From positions 41,751 to 73,750 of the forward strand of contig CAWKNG010000001.1 of assembly GCA_963851015.1 (NCBI GenBank): a DNA stretch of 32,000 nucleotides. Reading direction: 5' to 3'. The DNA comes from an uncultured Actinomycetes bacterium. GTDB taxonomy: Bacteria; Actinomycetota; Thermoleophilia; Solirubrobacterales; Solirubrobacteraceae. The position numbers and the translations under genes are program-made. Positions 31,711 to 32,000 of this stretch are shown here, piece after piece. The notes under the pieces were generated by a model. The model was not told the origin of the DNA. It saw nothing but the letters and a program-made list of their open reading frames with translations, and made no database searches. Position 1 is the first letter of the stretch. Each line of letters starts with the position of its first letter.

Positions 31711-32000
31711 CCGGCGCACGGGCCGGCGGACAGCGCGAGGCGCGCGCGGCCGAGGGCCAGGGCACGAACGCGCCGGGCCGATTCGCCCTCGCCGCGCTCG
31801 GCGCGGGCGCGCTCGCGGCGCTGCTGCTGCCGGGCGCACCCGCCGGTCTCGGCTACGTGCTCGTCGCGGTCGCGCTCGCCGCGGCGGGCGCCGTCCTGCG
31901 TTCGGGTGCCAGGACGACCGCAAGGCAGGACGCCATCGCGCGGACCCGGCGCGACGGCTTGCAATCGGCGCTGCTCGGCGGCCTCGCGCTGGCGCTCGCA
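31707..32000 (+). CDS. membrane protein, 5' partial (runs off the window), coupled to the histidine kinase
   Basis: The GTG at 31707 overlaps the HK stop (GTGA). Third-position GC is very high. Hydrophobic stretches are present (FALAALGAGALAALLLPGAPAGLGYVLVAVALAAAGAVL). There is no stop before the window end. Confidence 0.45.
   Translation, partial: MTGARAGGQREARAAEGQGTNAPGRFALAALGAGALAALLLPGAPAGLGYVLVAVALAAAGAVLRSGARTTARQDAIARTRRDGLQSALLGGLALALA

Overview
This is a roughly 72% GC window with dense, mostly leaderless or translationally coupled genes. It looks actinobacterial, possibly Thermoleophilia-like, but that is inference only. Five blocks stand out. (1) 286-9854 holds a Tat-signal-less uptake-type [NiFe]-hydrogenase operon: small and large subunits, a maturation protease, two small ORFs with an unresolved frame switch, a TPR-like protein, a 119-aa unknown, a NifU-Rieske (HhyE/HucE-like) protein, a six-bladed NHL propeller, HypC and a 273-aa unknown. 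A full-length sigma70-family gene is start/stop-coupled to its end. (2) 11761-15576 holds nested group II introns. An apparently intact intron (GUGCG 5' end, textbook domains V and VI, 425-aa RT/maturase) sits inside the YADD codons of the RT gene of a second, decayed intron. That outer intron fills almost the whole divergent intergenic space between a diaminopropionate ammonia-lyase gene and a GMC oxidoreductase / FAD-oxidase pair. (3) 18774-21970 is an EfeUOB-type iron uptake locus with EfeU and EfeO fused, preceded by three 14-bp-period direct repeats. (4) 22245-27486 carries Moco genes (MoaB, a MoaD-MoaE fusion), a DUF2064-type protein, a PQQ-type sugar dehydrogenase lipoprotein, an MBL hydrolase and a Leu/Val-dehydrogenase-like gene. 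(5) 27508-32000 carries a single-polypeptide ECF sigma / ZAS anti-sigma / membrane-anchor fusion, an EamA transporter, and an OmpR/HK pair with a coupled membrane protein. No rRNA, tRNA or CRISPR array was seen. Many long antisense or out-of-frame ORFs in the track are high-GC shadow ORFs.
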